Assembly (NCBI GenBank): GCA_965221905.1
Contig: OZ244922.1
Span: forward strand, 2,148,845 to 2,212,844
Source of the DNA: Chloroflexota bacterium
GTDB taxonomy: Bacteria > Chloroflexota > UBA11872 > VXOZ01
Length of the DNA stretch: 64,000 nucleotides
Direction: 5' to 3'
The position numbers and the translations under genes were made by a program. Positions within the stretch are counted from its first letter, which is position 1; every line of letters begins with the position of its first letter. Under the pieces are notes generated by a model. That model was not told the DNA's origin. It searched no databases and saw nothing but the letters and a program-made list of their open reading frames with translations. Shown one piece after another: positions 59,156 through 64,000 of this stretch.

Positions 59156-60055
59156 ATGAATCTCACTTCCTCTACCCTTCGCGGCGTTAACGTCGCCATC
59201 GTGACACCGTTTCAATCCAATCACGACTTGGATTTGGCCGGGGTCAAGCGGCTAACGCGGTTTCTGATTGACGCCGGAGTCCACGGCATTATGACAACCG
59301 GCGGCAATGGCGAGTTCCCCCATATGCTGCGGGAGGAGAAGAAAGCGGTAACGGCAGCCATCGTGGAGGAAGCTGCCGGTGAAATTCCTATCATTGCCGG
59401 AACCGCGGCCGCCGGCACCAGGGAAGCGGTGCTCTTGGGTCAAGATGCGCAAGAGGTTGGCGCGGATGGCACCATTGTTACTGCGCCGTACTACTTCCAG
59501 GTCTCAGAAGATGCTCTGTTTGTACACTACGAGACGATTGCACGTGAAGTGGACTTGCCGATGGTCTTGTACAACAATCCGCTCTACACCGGCAATGAAA
59601 TCACGCCCGGCCTGATTGACCGATTGGCGGCGGTTCCCAACGTGATCGGCCTCAAGCAGAGCAACGCGGACTTTGGCATCCTCATGGAAAATATCCGCAT
59701 GAACGGCGACAAGGTGGCGGTTCTCACCGGCATAGACAGCCAATTCTACGCTGCCATGGCATCGGGAGCGACCGGCATCTTCTCTACCGCGGCCTGTGTG
59801 ATTCCGCGAGAGATGGTAGCAATCTACGACTTAGTGCAGGCCGGTGACTTCGCAGAGGCGCGCCAACTCCAATTGAAACTGCAGGCCCTGAATCGCTACT
59901 TGGAGTACGATCCCGGTTACGTAGGGCCCTGCAAAGCGGCCCTGCGCATGCTGGGGCTGCCCGCCGGCCCGGTCCGCGGTCCGTTGCCGGAAGTCACCCC
60001 CGATGAGGAGGCAGGAGTCCGCAGCGGACTAGAGGCGCTTGGGTTGCTGGCCTAA
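59156..60055 (+). CDS. Dihydrodipicolinate synthase/N-acetylneuraminate lyase family (DapA-like) class I aldolase
   Basis: GVNVAIVTPF...GIMTTGGNGEF and conserved Lys region. ATG 59156 with GGAGG ribosome-binding site; the GTG 59111 extension is unlikely. Confidence 0.7.
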   Translation: MNLTSSTLRGVNVAIVTPFQSNHDLDLAGVKRLTRFLIDAGVHGIMTTGGNGEFPHMLREEKKAVTAAIVEEAAGEIPIIAGTAAAGTREAVLLGQDAQEVGADGTIVTAPYYFQVSEDALFVHYETIAREVDLPMVLYNNPLYTGNEITPGLIDRLAAVPNVIGLKQSNADFGILMENIRMNGDKVAVLTGIDSQFYAAMASGATGIFSTAACVIPREMVAIYDLVQAGDFAEARQLQLKLQALNRYLEYDPGYVGPCKAALRMLGLPAGPVRGPLPEVTPDEEAGVRSGLEALGLLA

Positions 60056-61950
60056 GCCTCGATAGCTTCCGCAATCACGCGGCCCTCGGCATTGCGCGGT
60101 TGCGGCACACCCAAGAGGTGGGCAACCGTGGGTGCAATGTCCACACTGCGCGCCTGTCCCTGAAGGCCCAGCCCGCTGCGAATGTGGGGGCCGTTGATGA
60201 TGAACGTCGTATGCTGACCGCCAATTCCCAAACTAACGGCGGGCAGATGCCGGCCGTGACATGCGTCGAATTCAGGATGCACGGCCCACACGACATCACC
60301 CACGAGATCGCCCCATAGATTGAGCATCTCGGCGTTCTCTCGCGTGACGGCGAGGGCGAAGGGTTGCTTGCCGGTGCCGGGGTCCACGTAGGTCGTCAGG
60401 GCATGGATAATCTGCTGCTGCACTTTATCGAAGTCTTCCGGTTCAACGATCCCTCCAGGATCGCGCCCCTTCAGATTGATGAAGACATGTATCGTCCCGA
60501 CCGGAATGGCTGCGCTCCGGCTGAGATCGGTCTCCCCAGTGGCCGGGTCTAAGACAAGCAGACCGACCTTTTCGAGAACGTCCGCCGCGGCAATGGGCGG
60601 CACAAAGTCCGGTGTGCCGCCGTGGTCGGACGTGACCACTACAACCGTTTCGTCGTCCTGCAGCTCCAGTAGCCTCCCTACCCAGCGATCAACCGAGGCA
60701 ATCAGGCGGGTCATGCCCTCAAGCGAGCGGGCAACGACACTCTCCGGCGCACCGCAGCGCGGGTCCGTCTGGGCCATAAAGAAGTGGTTGCCATAGTCGA
60801 GCGAATGGACCTCCGTAAAGAGCACGTCCCAATCGCGCGTGGCGCAGAGGTGATGGGCGACGTCGGCTAAGCAGGCGTGGTGCATGTCCAATAGCTCGAA
60901 GAACGTCTCGTCGTCAACCAGACCCAAGGTGTCACGCCCGGGATTCTGCAGAAATGGACCCACGTGGGTATCGATTTCCGTCGCGACCTCCTCAGGGTAC
61001 GTATACCCTTCAGTCGCCCAAACCTGCGGCATGAAGACTTCAAACGTGTCACCATCAGGCGTGAGCGTGATGAGCTTGAATCGCACATACCCGGTAAGCG
61101 GGCGGCTACCGATTGTGAATTGCTGCCGTGACCAGTCACTCCAGTCGGCAACTGCCAGGTCCGCAATTGCCTGGCTGCCGTCGCGACTTGTGCAGATACG
61201 AACCCGGTCGTAGCCTGCGGCGGATTGCGCGTAGACGAGGCCATAGAAGGTCCGTGCTACCGCCCCCTCGGTGCCCCAGGCGGTCAAATCTGAGCGGCCG
61301 CGAGCCAATGGCTGGACCGTGAGTTCCACCTCAAGAGCAGGCTTTGCCGAATCGGGCAGGTGCGACCATTGATCGCCGTCGACTGGTCGCAGGTCAACAT
61401 GGTCGACGTCTTCACCAGCTTGCAGCGTGCTGGGATCCACCGCCGCCGCATCAACCCCTCCACCAATGGGACGGGGACTCCAATTCCCCGAAACCCACAG
61501 ATGGTATCCCGCAATCTGATGGTGGTTAGCCACGCCCGGCCCCGTGCCTTCAACTTGGACACCCTTGGTAATCGTCGGCGGCCAAGACATTTCCCATTTC
61601 ACCAGAATAGGTGTCTTGTCCGCGCGCTCCAATGTATTCCAAAAATACTCAGCTTTGGATAGCTGCGTATTGACTCCCCAAACCGTTTCTGTCAGCGGTT
61701 TGCCGCGCGCGCGGATATTGAAGTCCATCACCTCATGGGTACCAGGCCACGCACCGGTCGAGATGGAGGTCCAGCCTGGCGGCGTGAGCGTGGGGAACAC
61801 TCCCAGCATCGGCCGCCACGCGCCGGTGTCCATCAAACGCTTGAGATTCGGCGTAGCACCCTTGTCCGCCATGTGACGGACAATCTCCATGCTTGCCCCG
61901 TCAATGCCAATTATGATTGCTCGTTCGGCCATTGCCGCCATAGTCATCAC
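60052..61950 (-). CDS. Alkaline-phosphatase-superfamily protein (type I phosphodiesterase/nucleotide pyrophosphatase-like)
   Basis: N-terminal IIIGIDGASMEIV..., metal-site residues, and a C-terminal VVVTSDHGG. Confidence 0.65.
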   Translation of the reverse strand: MMTMAAMAERAIIIGIDGASMEIVRHMADKGATPNLKRLMDTGAWRPMLGVFPTLTPPGWTSISTGAWPGTHEVMDFNIRARGKPLTETVWGVNTQLSKAEYFWNTLERADKTPILVKWEMSWPPTITKGVQVEGTGPGVANHHQIAGYHLWVSGNWSPRPIGGGVDAAAVDPSTLQAGEDVDHVDLRPVDGDQWSHLPDSAKPALEVELTVQPLARGRSDLTAWGTEGAVARTFYGLVYAQSAAGYDRVRICTSRDGSQAIADLAVADWSDWSRQQFTIGSRPLTGYVRFKLITLTPDGDTFEVFMPQVWATEGYTYPEEVATEIDTHVGPFLQNPGRDTLGLVDDETFFELLDMHHACLADVAHHLCATRDWDVLFTEVHSLDYGNHFFMAQTDPRCGAPESVVARSLEGMTRLIASVDRWVGRLLELQDDETVVVVTSDHGGTPDFVPPIAAADVLEKVGLLVLDPATGETDLSRSAAIPVGTIHVFINLKGRDPGGIVEPEDFDKVQQQIIHALTTYVDPGTGKQPFALAVTRENAEMLNLWGDLVGDVVWAVHPEFDACHGRHLPAVSLGIGGQHTTFIINGPHIRSGLGLQGQARSVDIAPTVAHLLGVPQPRNAEGRVIAEAIEA

Positions 61951-62235
61951 TCCTCTTCAGAGAAATCTACACTCAAGCTGGGAACTGCACTTGCAAATTG
62001 CGGTTCATTCTTTCAATCTATAGTTCCGGACAATGCTTTCCGATAGTAGATATGCACGTGCCGCTTGTTTGGCCCTCTTAGAATGCGGTATACACCCGAT
62101 TCTGACTTGCCATGACCTGCGCACCTAGGGAAAGCAGGCTGCCGCGCGTGGGGTGTTCTTAACACACAGGCCAATAGCAAACTTGCACGGGACTTCTACA
62201 GGCGGCAGCAGCCAAAGAGGTCGCAATTTGAGCCC

Positions 62236-63336
62236 CTAGACCATTACCTCTTCCCTTGAAATCACCCGTCCGCTCTTGCTTGAACGAATGGCCGCAGCAG
62301 TCATCGCAATGGTATTGAGGTTGTCCCGCGGCGTCACCGCGGGCTCGCGTCCGTGCGCGGAAGCGGCGATCAGATCGCCAAGCGGGCCCTGGAAAGCATC
62401 ATTAAACCATGCGCCCTCAAGCTGGAAAGTCTGCACATTGCGAGGATCATCGGCACGAACGACTGAGACCTCACTACTCGTACCCCACACACTGCCTTCC
62501 GTACCGTCGATCCACCAGTTGTAGCTGTGGGCTCCCGATGCGCGCACTATGTTATTGAATACCAAGCTTGCCATCAGACCAACCCGACCGCCCACTTCCC
62601 CAAACTCGACATTGGCTGAGTAGATGAGCGGATCCGGCCCGTTTTGGTCCGGCAACATGGCGGTTGTGCAGTGGAGTTGCGTCCATTCACGGTTACCTGC
62701 CATTGGAGACGCGGCAAAGTAACGGCAAAGGTCGAGGTAGTGTACGCCATGGTCGCCGATATTGAAATTGGCCATGTTCGTCCACCAACGGTCCGGCTGA
62801 TCCTGAAACGAGCGCCTGAGGTGCTGGATGCTATATATCTGCCCCAGCACGCCTTGGTCCATGAACACGCGCAACGCTTTGTGCTCCGGCGCCCAGCGTG
62901 CCTGCTGGTTTACCGCCAGCAGGATTCCTGCATCTTCTGCTATGGCGATGAGTTCCTCTGCCAGGGAATATTCCATGTGCAGTGGCTTCTGCGTTAGAAC
63001 CGGTCGAGGAGCGTGAGAAATCGCCTGCAGTGTTTCTTTGCGGGCGGCGGGATGCAAGGCCATATCAATGACCTTCACCTCTTCGCGCTCCAAGAGGGCA
63101 TGTATGTCCGTCGTCCAAAACGGTATGTGCCAGCGCTCCGCCGTGTTCCGCGCCGCTTCCTCATCCACGTCGCAGCATGCAACGATGTTGTAGCCTGCCT
63201 TCTGGTAGGCCGGCAAATGAGCGCCGTTCGCAATGCCGCCGCAGCCAATCAGCCCGACACCGTATTGAGTCAGGTCGATATCCGGCGGCGGCCCAGGTCG
63301 GTACTGCTCCAATTGAAGGGCCAAATTTGCCATCAA
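62236..63336 (-). CDS. Gfo/Idh/MocA family NAD(P)-dependent oxidoreductase
   Basis: N-terminal Rossmann GVGLIGCGGIANGAHLPA with a C-terminal alpha/beta domain. Confidence 0.75.
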   Translation of the reverse strand: MMANLALQLEQYRPGPPPDIDLTQYGVGLIGCGGIANGAHLPAYQKAGYNIVACCDVDEEAARNTAERWHIPFWTTDIHALLEREEVKVIDMALHPAARKETLQAISHAPRPVLTQKPLHMEYSLAEELIAIAEDAGILLAVNQQARWAPEHKALRVFMDQGVLGQIYSIQHLRRSFQDQPDRWWTNMANFNIGDHGVHYLDLCRYFAASPMAGNREWTQLHCTTAMLPDQNGPDPLIYSANVEFGEVGGRVGLMASLVFNNIVRASGAHSYNWWIDGTEGSVWGTSSEVSVVRADDPRNVQTFQLEGAWFNDAFQGPLGDLIAASAHGREPAVTPRDNLNTIAMTAAAIRSSKSGRVISREEVMV

Positions 63337-63441
63337 AAGACTCCATTATTCCAAGAGCCGACAGTCAGCGATCAATTGAGACAACGAGCCCGTCGCATTG
63401 TAATTAGATGCTATCCGGCGGGCAAACCCCTCGGCAGGAAC

Positions 63442-63963
63442 TCACGGAGTCTCAAGCAAATCTTGTCCAACTGGGCTATGCCGCTCGTACCTGCGGTTGC
63501 GGTAAAGAAGCGGCAGTTGCTCACTGCCCACACCGGCAGCCTCCACTCGACCTATGAAGAGCACGCAGTTCCCTGCTACATGCTTGGCAAAGACAGTGCA
63601 ATCGAGCCAGCAGACGCTGTCCTCAAAAATGGGGGATCCGGTCACGGCAAAGCGATGGGGAATGCGGTCGAATACCGAACTCTTCACAGCTCCGGGACGC
63701 GCAAAATCCGCACCTATCGAGTGTTGCCCTGCGCCTAGCACATTGACGGCAAACGTACCGACTGCCTCAATCCGGCCGCACGTCGCATTGCTCTCGCCAA
63801 CACTTATGAGGATAAGCGGCGGTTCCGTAGCAATCGAAGTGAATGAACTGGCGGTCATGCCGTGGAAGCCGCTAGCATCCCGCACCGTAACTACCGTGAC
63901 AGGCTGCGCAACCTGACGCATCACGGTTCGAAAAGTATCAGAGTCAATCGGCATGTCGTTCAC
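63442..63963 (-). CDS. Flavin reductase-like domain protein (NAD(P)H:flavin oxidoreductase)
   Basis: FRTVMRQVAQPVTVVTV...GMTASSFTSIATEPPLILISV pattern. Confidence 0.75.
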   Translation of the reverse strand: MNDMPIDSDTFRTVMRQVAQPVTVVTVRDASGFHGMTASSFTSIATEPPLILISVGESNATCGRIEAVGTFAVNVLGAGQHSIGADFARPGAVKSSVFDRIPHRFAVTGSPIFEDSVCWLDCTVFAKHVAGNCVLFIGRVEAAGVGSEQLPLLYRNRRYERHSPVGQDLLETP

Positions 63964-64000
63964 GCATCCTATGTGAAGGTATAGTTTCCACTCATAGTAT

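Overview
High-GC bacterial chromosomal segment, probably Chloroflexota-like. This is inferred from Pro/Thr-rich linkers, an alternative-complex-III gene set, SpoIID/LGFP and lamin-tail-domain proteins. Most of the window is housekeeping or respiratory. Genes by position:
- A complete mreB-mreC-mreD-mrdA-rodA cell-shape operon on the minus strand.
- ridA, a nitrilase-family hydrolase, gltX and an upstream tRNA-Ser(GGA).
- A two-gene cassette of unknown function: an actin-like/ASKHA-motif protein and a 363-aa partner.
- A 1209-aa secreted protein with four lamin-tail domains, Pro/Thr linkers and an internal 687-bp tandem duplication.
- Two amidohydrolase-2 paralogs, sugar-phosphate isomerases and a sulfatase with a non-canonical active-site motif.
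- An eight-gene alternative-complex-III-like cluster with a split ActB.
- A rhodanese, a beta-propeller lipoprotein, a SpoIID/LGFP protein and a methyltransferase.
- thrS, preceded by a leader carrying an intrinsic terminator (attenuator).
- larA, the thiL-tsaE-tsaB-rimI-tsaD operon, an M42 peptidase, thiD and a CoA-binding protein.
- An orphan dnaN with a strong promoter, coupled to a nitrilase-family gene.
- Three tandem paralogs encoding lipoproteins with a cupredoxin-like N-terminus and a PQQ-type sugar-dehydrogenase (SGDH) beta-propeller.
- A DapA-family lyase, an alkaline-phosphatase-family protein, a Gfo/Idh/MocA oxidoreductase and a flavin reductase.
No CRISPR array, transposase, integrase or reverse transcriptase was seen. 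All functional calls come from motif recognition in the translated ORFs; none were checked against databases.
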